Assembly: GCA_963666125.1 (NCBI GenBank)
Contig: OY762633.1
Span: forward strand, 120,107 to 184,106
Origin: Dehalococcoidia bacterium
GTDB lineage: Bacteria; Chloroflexota; Dehalococcoidia; Lucifugimonadales; CAJWER01
Length of the DNA stretch: 64,000 bases
Direction of reading: 5' to 3'
The position numbers were made by a program, and so were the translations under genes. Under the pieces are notes generated by a model. That model saw only the letters and a program-made list of their open reading frames with translations, did no database searches and had not been told where the DNA came from. Shown here one piece after another: positions 37,743-46,913 of the stretch; position 1 is the stretch's first letter, and each line of letters opens with the position of its first letter.

Positions 37743-37813
37743 GGCCCGACCCGAGGTCTTGACGCCATGATGAGCTCTGGGCCGATCCAGGTATAGGGAA
37801 CACTACAAAGCGC

Positions 37814-39055
37814 ATGTACAGCGTCGCCCTGTTGAGCGTCCACGGCTGTCCGTTTGCCCGGCTGGGCGAGCGCGACACCGGGGGCATGAACGTATACCTG
37901 CTCCAGGTAGCGCGAGAGCTGGGCAGGCGCGGCCACAGGGCTGACGTGTACACCCGCGTCCACGACCCCAACGACCCAGAGATAGTCGAGCTTGGCGAGA
38001 ACGCCAGGGTCGTTCACGTCCAGGCCGGACCCCATGGAGAGCCGAAGCAGGGCCTGCACCGGCACATCCCCCAGTTCCTGGAGGGCATGGGGGCGTTTCG
38101 GGGGCGTGAGGGCCTATCCTACGACCTCGTCCATTCCCACTACTGGCTCTCGTGTCTTGCGGCCATGGACCTGTGCCGACGCTGGGATGCTCCGCACGTC
38201 GCAACCTTCCACACCCTTGCGCGGGCCAAGATGGAGGCCAGGCCGGCGGAGGAGGAGTCCCAGGTTCGCATAGACGCCGAGCGCGCGGCCATGGTGAGCG
38301 CCGACTCCATGGTCGTGTCGACCGAACAGGAGCGGAGCGACATCGCCCGCCTCTACGGCGTCCCGAGCCGGAAGGTGGACGTCGTTCCGGCTGGTGTCGA
38401 CCTGCGGATGTTCAGGCCGATGGGGCGGGAGGAGTCGCGCGGGTTGCTGGGGCTGGACGGCGGGCGGATCATCCTCGCCGTCGCCCAGCGTATCGAGCCG
38501 CTGAAGGGCCTGGACGTGATCATCGAGGCGCTGCCGCTGATGGACGACGGGGGCGAGACGCGCTTCCTCGTCGTGGGAGGCGACGAGAACTCGGGCCCGG
38601 AGATCGCGCGGCTGCGGGGCGTGGCGGCCCGGCTCGGCGTGGAAGACAGGGTCGTGTTCGCCGGGGCGGTCGGCCAGGACGAGCTACCCGCGTACTACGG
38701 CGCGTCGGACGTCTGCGTGCTGCCGTCCTACTACGAGAGCTTCGGGCTGGCTGCCCTCGAGTCCCTGGCCTGCGGCACGCCTGTGGTCGCTTCGAGAGTC
38801 GGCGGCCCCATGTCCTTCATCGTGGACGGCGTGAACGGACACCTGGTGCCGGAGCGCAGCCCTCAGGCATACGCCCGCTGCCTCGATGTCGTGATGTCAC
38901 AGGGTCCTGAGATGGCCGAGGCGGCGAGGAGCACCGCGGCCGGGATGGGCTGGGACTCAGTCGCCGACGGACTGCTGGCCCACTACTCCGCCCTCATAGA
39001 CGGGCGGCGCAATTCGGCTGCGGGCAGAGCGCCTGCCGCGGCGATGGTGAGGTAG
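37814..39055 (+). CDS. GT4 glycosyltransferase, MshA-like
   Basis: DTGGMNVY, VHSHYWLS, TFHTL, RIEPLKG, PSYYESFGLAALE. Confidence 0.88.
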   Translation: MYSVALLSVHGCPFARLGERDTGGMNVYLLQVARELGRRGHRADVYTRVHDPNDPEIVELGENARVVHVQAGPHGEPKQGLHRHIPQFLEGMGAFRGREGLSYDLVHSHYWLSCLAAMDLCRRWDAPHVATFHTLARAKMEARPAEEESQVRIDAERAAMVSADSMVVSTEQERSDIARLYGVPSRKVDVVPAGVDLRMFRPMGREESRGLLGLDGGRIILAVAQRIEPLKGLDVIIEALPLMDDGGETRFLVVGGDENSGPEIARLRGVAARLGVEDRVVFAGAVGQDELPAYYGASDVCVLPSYYESFGLAALESLACGTPVVASRVGGPMSFIVDGVNGHLVPERSPQAYARCLDVVMSQGPEMAEAARSTAAGMGWDSVADGLLAHYSALIDGRRNSAAGRAPAAAMVR

Positions 39056-39068
39056 GGCCGGGTCGCGG

Positions 39069-39482
39069 CTACGGGAAGGTCCACCCGGCCACCTTGCCGG
39101 GCGTTATCGTGATCAGCACGAACTCCATGCTGCGGTACGTCTCCTCGGCGTACCGGGCGCCCTCTTCCTCGCCCTGGTAGTTGATCGACATGTCCCAGAG
39201 GACCTGCCGGTCCCACTCGGCGGATAGCTCCGCCGTCCCGTTGACCTGCACGAACCCGTGGGGCTCCGTCTCCCTGGGTATGGAGATGCAGATGCGCGGG
39301 TCGCCCCGGAGATTCCTCACCTTGACGCTCGACGGCTCCGACAGGATGAGCAGGCGCTCCCCGTCGTAGAGGTGCCACACGGGCGCGACGTGAGGCGAGC
39401 CGTCGGGCCGCAGGGTCGCGAGGTTGGACAGGAGCGGCAGCTTCAGGAACTCGTCGATCTCATCGGAGGTCATCCTAGGCAT
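39069..39482 (-). CDS. PPOX-class (putative F420-dependent) oxidoreductase
   Basis: LATLRPDGSPHVAPVW, KVRNLRGDPR. Confidence 0.85.
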   Translation of the reverse strand: MPRMTSDEIDEFLKLPLLSNLATLRPDGSPHVAPVWHLYDGERLLILSEPSSVKVRNLRGDPRICISIPRETEPHGFVQVNGTAELSAEWDRQVLWDMSINYQGEEEGARYAEETYRSMEFVLITITPGKVAGWTFP

Positions 39483-40237
39483 CAGGCTCTCTCCACGGCT
39501 GGGGTTGTCTCCGTCGGCCACAGTGAGAGGGTGTGGGTCTCGGTCGAGGTCGGATCGTCGCCGGGAAGCCTCGCCTCTACGGCATTGAAGATCGCGTCGG
39601 AAACCTCCGGGACCGTGCCGAAGGCGTCGATCACCATGACCCTCTCGGGTTCCTGCTGGGCTATCTTCCCGTATCCGCGCCGCACCCGCTCGTGGAACTG
39701 CAGCGACTCCTCCTTGAACCGGCGCGTCCCCTCGCCGTCGATGCGTCTCGCCTGCTCACCCGCCTGCTGCCCCATGGTCATGGTCAGCTGCGACGTGCCC
39801 ACGCGACCGAGGGCGCCCGCGACGGGGCCGTCCAGCAGTATCGTCACGTCGGGGGTCAGGCCGCCCGTCGCCAGCCGGTTGATCCGGGCCACGTCGTCCA
39901 GGTCCATGCGGCGGCCGTAGCCCTGGTATGCCGTGGTCGAGTCGATGTACCGGTCCGCGATGACGACCGTGTTCCGCTTCTCCAGCAGGGGGCGCAGCGT
40001 CTCGGCTACGAGGGCCGACCTGGCGGCGGCGAACAGGAACAGCTCCGCCTCGTGCGTGAGGCCCGTGTTGTTCTCGTCCTTGAGCCAGCCGCGAAGGTAG
40101 TCGCCCAGCTTCGTGGAGCCCGGCTCCCTTACCAGGACGACCCGGTGGCCGGCCTCGGCCAGCCGCGTCTCCAGGAGCTTCGCCTGGGTAGTCTTGCCTG
40201 TACCGTCGCAGCCTTCGAACGATATGAAGAGTGACAA
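39482..40237 (-). CDS. tmk: Thymidylate kinase
   Basis: FISFEGCDGTGKTTQ, REPG, LFAAAR, DRYIDST.AYQG. Confidence 0.93.
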   Translation of the reverse strand: MSLFISFEGCDGTGKTTQAKLLETRLAEAGHRVVLVREPGSTKLGDYLRGWLKDENNTGLTHEAELFLFAAARSALVAETLRPLLEKRNTVVIADRYIDSTTAYQGYGRRMDLDDVARINRLATGGLTPDVTILLDGPVAGALGRVGTSQLTMTMGQQAGEQARRIDGEGTRRFKEESLQFHERVRRGYGKIAQQEPERVMVIDAFGTVPEVSDAIFNAVEARLPGDDPTSTETHTLSLWPTETTPAVERA

Positions 40238-40256
40238 CGCGCCTGCCCCGTGAGTC

Positions 40257-41846
40257 CTAGCGCCGGTACAATACCACACGCCGCGACGGCTCGCGCCCCG
40301 AGCTGCTCGAAGACAAACCCCGCTGCTCGGCGAACTGGTGCTGGAGGCGCCGGATGTACGCGACCTGCGGGCTCAGGTCGGCCTTGTGCTCCCCGCCGTC
40401 GAGGCGCTCGGCTGCCTGTTCGGCCTCCTTCACGGCCTGCGTTATGGCGTCCTGGGACACCATCCTCGTCGAGCTGCGGTCCAGGGCACGCAGGAACTGG
40501 TGGATCTGGGCCGCCGTATTCTTCCTAAGCACGTAGACGGGCTTGCCTAGGCTCTCGGCCTCGTTCAGCGCCTGGGTCCTTCGCCGGTAGAAGTTCTTGG
40601 TCGTCAGCAGCAGGTCCGCCGCTCCGATGTCTCCTACGACCTCCACCTGGGCCTTCGCCACCCTGGCCGCCTGCCGGAGCTTGTCCTTGTTCACGCCGTA
40701 CGGGAGGATGTGGATGGCGGCCCCGGGCTGGTCCGTCGTGCCCTCCTCGGTGGATTCCTCCGTCTCCGGGCGGCTCCGGGGTGTTGGGCGAAGCGGCTCG
40801 AAGGTCGGTCTCCGCCCGTTCTCGCCCAGAATGGTCGTTTCCACGTACTCCCGGCGGCGCTCCACGTCCCCAGTCTCGCCGAGGGTCCTCCTCTCGACGG
40901 TGACCGGGTAGCCCCTCAGCATCCTGTCGACCGAGTCGGCAACGTCCGTGTGGATGGTCACGTCGCTCCAGCCCTGGATCTGGACGAGCGCCCCGAAGGT
41001 GGGCAGCGCCCGCCTCTCCAGGACGGTCTTCTGGGTGCGCCGCCGCTTGGCCTCCTCGTCGCCCAGGGTCACCGAGTCTATGCCGCCGATCAGGTCGCAC
41101 AGGGTCGGGTTCATGATCAGGTTCTCGAGGGTGTTGCCGTGGGCCGTGGCCACTAGCTGAACGCCGCGCTCTGCTATGGTCCTCGAAGCCTCCGCTTCCA
41201 GCTCAGTCCCGATCTCGTCGATGACGATGACCTCGGGCATGTGGTTCTCCACCGCCTCGATCATGACCGCGTGCTGCTGGGACGGCGACGGTACCTGCAT
41301 CCGCCTGGCCCCGCCTATTCCCGCGTGGGGTATGTCGCCGTCCCCCGCGATCTCGTTGGACGTGTCGACCACCACCACGCGCTTGCCCGCGTCGTCCGCG
41401 AGCACACGGGCCACCTCGCGCAGCATGGTAGTCTTGCCGACCCCGGGCCTGCCCAGCAGCAGGATGCTGCTGCCGGTCAGCACCAGATCGTCGATGATCT
41501 TGATGGTCCCGTAGACCGCCCGGCCGACGCGCACCGTCAGCCCGACCACCTTGCCCGTCCGGTTACGGATGGCCGAGATGCGGTGGAGGGTGCGCTCTAT
41601 GCCCGCCCTGTTGTCGGCCCCGAACGTCCCGATGCGCTGCACGACGTACTGGATGTCCTCCTCGGTCACCTCGCGGGACGAGAGGGTCGTGGTCTCCCTG
41701 AGGAACCTCGCCTGGGGCTCCCGGCCCAGGTCGAGCACCACCTCAAGAAGCTCGCCCGGGCGGCTGTCGTCCCCAAAAGGCTCCGCAATGTGCGGCGGCA
41801 GCTTCTCGATGATCTCGTCGAGGTCGCTGTCGATCCATTGCTGCAT
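40257..41846 (-). CDS. SpoIIIAA/Ycf45-like AAA ATPase with C-terminal R3H domain
   Basis: GRPGVGKTT, VDTSNEIAGDGD, VIDEIG, IRRLQH..GREPSRRV. Confidence 0.9.
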   Translation of the reverse strand: MQQWIDSDLDEIIEKLPPHIAEPFGDDSRPGELLEVVLDLGREPQARFLRETTTLSSREVTEEDIQYVVQRIGTFGADNRAGIERTLHRISAIRNRTGKVVGLTVRVGRAVYGTIKIIDDLVLTGSSILLLGRPGVGKTTMLREVARVLADDAGKRVVVVDTSNEIAGDGDIPHAGIGGARRMQVPSPSQQHAVMIEAVENHMPEVIVIDEIGTELEAEASRTIAERGVQLVATAHGNTLENLIMNPTLCDLIGGIDSVTLGDEEAKRRRTQKTVLERRALPTFGALVQIQGWSDVTIHTDVADSVDRMLRGYPVTVERRTLGETGDVERRREYVETTILGENGRRPTFEPLRPTPRSRPETEESTEEGTTDQPGAAIHILPYGVNKDKLRQAARVAKAQVEVVGDIGAADLLLTTKNFYRRRTQALNEAESLGKPVYVLRKNTAAQIHQFLRALDRSSTRMVSQDAITQAVKEAEQAAERLDGGEHKADLSPQVAYIRRLQHQFAEQRGLSSSSSGREPSRRVVLYRR

Positions 41847-41872
41847 GAAGCGGCGGTTACTCCTCCGTCGTG

Positions 41873-42454
41873 CTAGGCCGAGCCGTCCACGATCCTCCTG
41901 AAGAGGTCGTGGACCCGGTCGTCGTCGGTGAGCTCTGGGTGGAAGGCCGTGGCGAGCATCGCGTCCTGGCGGACCGCGACGGGCCTGCCGTCGGGAAGCT
42001 CGGCGAGCACCTGCACGCCCTCGCCCGCCCTGTTCACCACCGGCGCCCTGATGAAGACGCCGCGAAAGGGCGGGCCGTCCACGTGCTCGATGTCTAGGTT
42101 CACCTCGAAGCTGTCCACCTGGCTGCCGAAGGCGTTCCGGCTCACCTCGATGTCCATCAGGTGAAGCGGCTCGGGCCGCCTGTCCGTGAGGCTGTCCGCC
42201 AGCACGATCATGCCCGCGCACGTGCCCCAGACGGGGAACCCGGCCCCAACCCTGTCCACCAGCTCCGACCTGAAGCCGTAGATGTCGATGAGCTGGACGA
42301 TGGTGGTGCTCTCCCCGCCGGGGATGATCAGCCCGTCGAGTCCGTCGAGCTCGCGCGGCAAACGGACTTCGGGCGCGTCCACCCCCAGCCGGTCGAGGAC
42401 GAGCTTGTGCTCCAGGAAGTCGCCCTGGATGGCGAGCACCCCTATCCTCGGCAC
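41873..42454 (-). CDS. pdxT: PLP synthase glutaminase subunit
   Basis: GVLAIQGDF.EH, PGGESTT, GTCAG, FIRAP, FHPEL. Confidence 0.96.
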   Translation of the reverse strand: MPRIGVLAIQGDFLEHKLVLDRLGVDAPEVRLPRELDGLDGLIIPGGESTTIVQLIDIYGFRSELVDRVGAGFPVWGTCAGMIVLADSLTDRRPEPLHLMDIEVSRNAFGSQVDSFEVNLDIEHVDGPPFRGVFIRAPVVNRAGEGVQVLAELPDGRPVAVRQDAMLATAFHPELTDDDRVHDLFRRIVDGSA

Positions 42455-42455
42455 C

Positions 42456-43355
42456 CTACCATCCCCGGACGGCCAGCTGCTGCTCCTCGGGCATCGTCCG
42501 CACGTCGAGGCCGGGCATGGCGTCGCCCAGCCCTCTCGACACCTGGGCGATGATGTCGGGGTCGTTGAAGTGGGTCGTGGCCTTCACGATGGCCTCGGCC
42601 ATCAGCTGCGGCTGCGAGGACTTGAATATCCCCGAGCCGACGAACACGCCGTCCACGCCAAGCTGCATCATGAGCGCGGCGTCCGAAGGGGTCGCGATGC
42701 CGCCGGCCGCGAAGTTGACGACCGGAAGCGTGCCCGTGTCGTGCACCTCCCGCACCAGCTCGTAGGGCGCCTGCATGTCGCGGGCCGCGGCCATCAGCTC
42801 GTCGTTGTTCATCCCCTGGACTCGCCGCATCTCGCCGATGACGGACCGGGCGTGGCGGACGGCCTCCACCACGTTGCCGGTGCCCGCCTCGCCCTTGGTG
42901 CGAATCATCGCCGCGCCCTCGCCGATCCGGCGCAGGGCCTCGCCCAGGTTCCGGCACCCGCACACGAAGGGCACCTTGAAGGCGTGCTTGTCCACGTGGT
43001 GGTTCTCGTCGGCCGGGGTCAGGACCTCCGACTCGTCGATGTAGTCGATCTCCAGCGCCTCCAGCACCTGGGCCTCCACGAAGTGGCCGATCCTGCACTT
43101 CGCCATGACCGGAATGGTCACCGCGTCCTTGATCTCGACGATCTTCGTCGGGTCCGCCATCCGCGCGACGCCGCCCGCCTTCCGGATGTCCGAGGGCACC
43201 CGCTCCAGCGCCATTACGGCCACGGCGCCCGCGTCCTCCGCGATCTTGGCCTGCTCGGCCGTCACCACGTCCATGATGACGCCGCCCTTCAGCATCTTCG
43301 CCAGGCCCGTCTTGACCTGCCACGTACCGGTTTCCACAATGGTGTCCGTCGTCAT
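42456..43355 (-). CDS. pdxS: PLP synthase lyase subunit
   Basis: [36 protein letters not shown]. Confidence 0.97.
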   Translation of the reverse strand: MTTDTIVETGTWQVKTGLAKMLKGGVIMDVVTAEQAKIAEDAGAVAVMALERVPSDIRKAGGVARMADPTKIVEIKDAVTIPVMAKCRIGHFVEAQVLEALEIDYIDESEVLTPADENHHVDKHAFKVPFVCGCRNLGEALRRIGEGAAMIRTKGEAGTGNVVEAVRHARSVIGEMRRVQGMNNDELMAAARDMQAPYELVREVHDTGTLPVVNFAAGGIATPSDAALMMQLGVDGVFVGSGIFKSSQPQLMAEAIVKATTHFNDPDIIAQVSRGLGDAMPGLDVRTMPEEQQLAVRGW

Positions 43356-43488
43356 CTGCAAGTCTCCGTTTGGGATTTCGTAAAGACCACCGCATTATAC
43401 TCCCGGCCCCGGCCTTCTGGCAATTTACTATACTTGTGCCCAGGAGGTCTCCCCAATCGTCGCATCACCGTCCGCTCTCGCTCTGACC

Positions 43489-44805
43489 GTGAACGCCCTC
43501 GCGTGTGTCGCCGCCGTCGTGGTATTGGCATGTGCGAACGGCGGCCCTCCCGGCGTTCCCGCGCCGGCGCCCGCGCCAACCGAGAGGGCCGCGCCCGCTC
43601 CGACTATGCCCCCAAGTCCGACTATGACCCCAAGTCCGACGATCCCCCCGGCACCCCAGACGCCCGCGTCCACTCCAGGCCCAGGCGGCCTGCCCCGGCT
43701 GGACGTCGAGCCCGCCTTCCCCAACGTGACCCTGGGCCGCATGGTCCACCTCACCTACCCGCCGGGAGGAGGTGGCCGGCTCTACCTCGTGCTGCAACCG
43801 GGCCTCGTCGTCTCGTTCGAGGACCGGCAGGACGTGGAGACGCTCGGCATATTCCTGGACATCCGCGAGAGGGTGAACGACCAGGGCAACGAGGAGGGAC
43901 TGCTCGGCCTCGCCTTCGATCCCGCCTACGAGTCCAACGGCTACTTCTATGTCTACTACTCGGCGTCGCGCCCGCGCCGCTCGGTCGTCTCTAGGTTCTC
44001 GGTCGATCCAGGCGACCCGGGCAAGGCCGACCCGTCGAGCGAGAAGCAGGTCATGGTGATCCCGCAGCCCTACAGCAACCACAACGGCGGCCACCTGGTA
44101 TTCGGGCCGGACGGCTACCTCTACGTCGGCGTGGGCGATGGGGGCAGCGCCAACGACCCCCAGGGGCACGGGCAGGACAGGACGACCCTGCTCGGTACCA
44201 TCCTCCGCATCGACGTATCGACGCTCGACTCCGAAGGGCGCTACGCCGTCCCGCCCGGCAACCCGTTCGTCGGCGAGGGAGGCGGCGTGAGGGAGGAGAT
44301 ATGGGCCTACGGGCTGCGGAACCCGTGGCGGTTCAACTTCGACCGCGCGACCGGCGACCTGTGGGCCGCCGACGTGGGCCAGAACGCCTGGGAGGAGGTC
44401 CACGTCATCCTGCCGGGCCGCAACTACGGCTGGAACGTCATGGAGGGCGCGCACTGCTTCGACGGGGGCAGGAGCCTGAGCAGCCTGCTGCGCCGGGGAT
44501 CGGGCGAGTGCGACCGTGACGGCCTCGAGCTGCCGGTGGTCGAGTACGGGCGCGACGGCGGCTGCTCCATCACCGGTGGGTACGTGTACCGGGGCGAGAG
44601 GCTGCCGTCACTGGCCGGCGCATACGTCTACGGCGACTTCTGCAGCGGCAAGATTTGGGCCGTGCGGCTGGTGGTCGGCGCGGTCGCCGAGCACCGCCTG
44701 CTCGTAGACTCGGACCTGCGGCTCGCCGCCTTCGGCGAGGGCCCCGCGGGGGAGCTGTACATGCTCTCTTTCGACGAAAAAATCTACCGCCTCACCACCC
44801 CGTAG
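43489..44805 (+). CDS. PQQ-dependent glucose/sorbosone dehydrogenase family lipoprotein
   Basis: EEGLLGLAFDP, NHNGG, WAYGLRNPWRF, DVGQNAWEEV, SITGGYVYRG; Pro/Thr linker; start uncertain. Confidence 0.88.
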   Translation: MNALACVAAVVVLACANGGPPGVPAPAPAPTERAAPAPTMPPSPTMTPSPTIPPAPQTPASTPGPGGLPRLDVEPAFPNVTLGRMVHLTYPPGGGGRLYLVLQPGLVVSFEDRQDVETLGIFLDIRERVNDQGNEEGLLGLAFDPAYESNGYFYVYYSASRPRRSVVSRFSVDPGDPGKADPSSEKQVMVIPQPYSNHNGGHLVFGPDGYLYVGVGDGGSANDPQGHGQDRTTLLGTILRIDVSTLDSEGRYAVPPGNPFVGEGGGVREEIWAYGLRNPWRFNFDRATGDLWAADVGQNAWEEVHVILPGRNYGWNVMEGAHCFDGGRSLSSLLRRGSGECDRDGLELPVVEYGRDGGCSITGGYVYRGERLPSLAGAYVYGDFCSGKIWAVRLVVGAVAEHRLLVDSDLRLAAFGEGPAGELYMLSFDEKIYRLTTP

Positions 44806-44819
44806 CCGGTCAGATGCTC

Positions 44820-44931
44820 GTAGGGGCAATCCCTTGTGGTTGCCCCTCTTGCCATCGTAGCCAGGGCGCCCACAAGGGACGCCCCTACCGCTATGTGTCC
44901 ATCTGGTAGGGTGCAGCCCTTGTGGCTACAC
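44820..44931. repeat. GTAG-family REP doublet (44820-44888) plus a single variant REP (44906-44931)
   Basis: GTAGGGGCAATCCCTTGTGGTTGCCCT ... AGGGCGCCCACAAGGGACGCCCCTAC. Confidence 0.85.
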
Positions 44932-44947
44932 TCCAGGTTCTCCGTTC

Positions 44948-44956
44948 TGCTATAAT
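44948..44956 (+). promoter_or_regulatory. Extended -10 promoter for the tRNA-Ser pair
   Basis: TGCTATAAT 11 nt upstream of the tRNA 5' end. Confidence 0.65.
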
Positions 44957-44967
44957 CGTATCCCCGT

Positions 44968-45057
44968 GGAGAGGTGGCCGAGCGGTTTAAGGCGCCGGTC
45001 TCGAAAACCGGTATGGGAGCAATCTCATCGTGGGTTCGAATCCCACCCTCTCCGCCA
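44968..45057 (+). tRNA. tRNA-Ser(CGA)
   Basis: GGAGAGG/CCTCTCC acceptor stem, CCGGT-CTCGAAA-ACCGG, long variable arm, GCCA end. Confidence 0.96.
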
Positions 45058-45058
45058 C

Positions 45059-45148
45059 GGAGAGATGCCAGAGAGGCCGATTGGGCGCGACTGGAAATCG
45101 CGTGTCGCTGCAAGGCGACCGTGGGTTCGAATCCCACTCTCTCCGCCA
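45059..45148 (+). tRNA. tRNA-Ser(GGA)
   Basis: GGAGAGA/TCTCTCC acceptor stem, CGCGA-CTGGAAA-TCGCG, long variable arm, GCCA end. Confidence 0.96.
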
Positions 45149-45197
45149 CCATGAAACCCCACCGGCCGCAGGCGCCCCCTCGTGGGACGCCGTAATC

Positions 45198-45231
45198 GTA
45201 GGGGCGTCCCTTGTGGCCCTTGTGGGCGCCC
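45198..45231. repeat. Single REP with internal duplication, between tRNA-Ser and hsdM
   Basis: GTAGGGGCGTCCCTTGTGGCCCTTGTGGGCGCCC. Confidence 0.75.
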
Positions 45232-45251
45232 GCCGCTTCGGAGAATCGCCA

Positions 45252-46913
45252 ATGACCACCGGGAACGACAGCGCGGCGGACCACAGGCCCGATCTCTGGC
45301 GCATGGCCGACGCCCTGCGCGGCAGCATGGACGCCGCCGAGTACAAGCACGTCGTCCTAGGCCTCATCTTCCTCAAGTACATCTCCGACGCCTTCGAGGA
45401 GGCATACGCCCAGCTTGAGAAGGAGGTCGTCGACGGCGCGGACCCCGAAGACCCCGACGAGTACCGCGCCCAGAGCATCTTCTGGGTGCCGCCTGAGGCC
45501 CGCTGGCAGCGCCTCAGGAGCCACACCCGCCAGCCCACCATCGGCCGGTTGGTGGACGACGCCATGACCGCCATCGAGCGCGACAACCCCGCCCTCAAGG
45601 ACGTGCTGCCCAGGGACTACGCCCGGCCCGCCCTGGACAAGGCCCGCCTCGGCCAGGTGATCGACCTGGTGAGCAACATCAGGGTCGGCGGGGCCGACGC
45701 CCGCGCCACCGACGTGCTCGGCGGCGTCTACGAGTACTTCCTGGAGCAGTTCGCCCTGGCCGAGGGACGCAAGGGCGGCGAGTTCTACACCCCCCGCTCG
45801 GTCGTGCGGCTCCTCGTCGAGATGCTGGAGCCGTACCGGGGCCGCGTCTACGACCCCTGCTGCGGCTCCTCCGGCATGTTCGTCCAGTCCATCGAGTTCA
45901 TCGGCGCACACGTCAGCGGCAACGGCAACGGCGGCAGGGCCAGGGACGACATCTCCATCTACGGCCAGGAGTCCAACTACACCACCTGGCGCATGGCCCG
46001 GATGAACCTCGCCATACGCGGCATAGAGGGCCTCATCGAGCACGGCGACAGCTTCCACAACGACCGCCACCCCGACCTGCGGGCCGACTACATCCTCGCC
46101 AATCCGCCCTTCAACGTCTCCGACTGGGGCGGCGAGCGGCTGCGCGACGACCGGCGCTGGGAGTACGGCGTACCGCCCGTCGGAAACGCCAACTTCGCCT
46201 GGGTGCAGCACTTCCTCTACCACCTCGCGCCCCGCGGCGCCGCCGGATTCGTCCTCGCCAACGGCTCCATGTCCTCCAACCAGTCCGGCGAGGGCGAGAT
46301 ACGCAAGAACCTCATCGAGGCCGGCCTCGTGGACTGCATCGTCGCCCTGCCCGGCCAGCTCTTCCGCTCCACCCAGATACCCGCCTGCCTATGGTTCCTG
46401 CGCCGGAGCCGCCTCGACCACGACCGCCGGGGCGAAACCCTGTTCATCGACGCCCGCAAGCTCGGCCACATGATCGACCGCACCCGCCGCGACCTCTCCC
46501 CGGACGACATAGCCCGCGTCGCCGGCACCTACCGCGCATGGCGCCGGAATAGGGAGGAATACGCCGACGTCCCCGGCTTCTGCAAGAGCGCCACCCTCGA
46601 CGAGATACGCAAACACGGCCACGTCCTCACCCCCGGCCGCTACGTCGGCGCAGAGCCCCAGCCCGACGACGGCGTACCCTTCCAGGATAAGATGACCCGC
46701 CTCGCGTCCCAGTGGCGCGAGCAGCAGGCCGAGTCCCGGCGCCTCGACGCGGAGATAGAGAAGAACCTGGCCCGCCTGGGATTCGGGGATGAAGGGCGAG
46801 CCGAGCCTTGGGAGGAAACCTCCCGTGCCATGGCCGCCGAATCGGAGGACTGGAGCGACTTTGACATCGCCATAGCCGATGGCGGAGACTACACGGAGGA
46901 TGCGGATGACTGA
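45252..46913 (+). CDS. hsdM: Type I R-M methyltransferase subunit with acidic C-terminal extension
   Basis: [29 protein letters not shown] (motif I), ANPPFN (motif IV), LTPGRYVG. Confidence 0.95.
   Translation: MTTGNDSAADHRPDLWRMADALRGSMDAAEYKHVVLGLIFLKYISDAFEEAYAQLEKEVVDGADPEDPDEYRAQSIFWVPPEARWQRLRSHTRQPTIGRLVDDAMTAIERDNPALKDVLPRDYARPALDKARLGQVIDLVSNIRVGGADARATDVLGGVYEYFLEQFALAEGRKGGEFYTPRSVVRLLVEMLEPYRGRVYDPCCGSSGMFVQSIEFIGAHVSGNGNGGRARDDISIYGQESNYTTWRMARMNLAIRGIEGLIEHGDSFHNDRHPDLRADYILANPPFNVSDWGGERLRDDRRWEYGVPPVGNANFAWVQHFLYHLAPRGAAGFVLANGSMSSNQSGEGEIRKNLIEAGLVDCIVALPGQLFRSTQIPACLWFLRRSRLDHDRRGETLFIDARKLGHMIDRTRRDLSPDDIARVAGTYRAWRRNREEYADVPGFCKSATLDEIRKHGHVLTPGRYVGAEPQPDDGVPFQDKMTRLASQWREQQAESRRLDAEIEKNLARLGFGDEGRAEPWEETSRAMAAESEDWSDFDIAIADGGDYTEDADD

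Noticed and set aside
44968..45148. Either long-variable-arm tRNA as tRNA-Sec
   Set aside because: Anticodons read CGA and GGA with 7-bp acceptor stems, not TCA
45030..45251. N-terminal extension of the hsdM ORF
   Set aside because: Runs through tRNA-Ser and a REP; ATG 45252 fits HsdM
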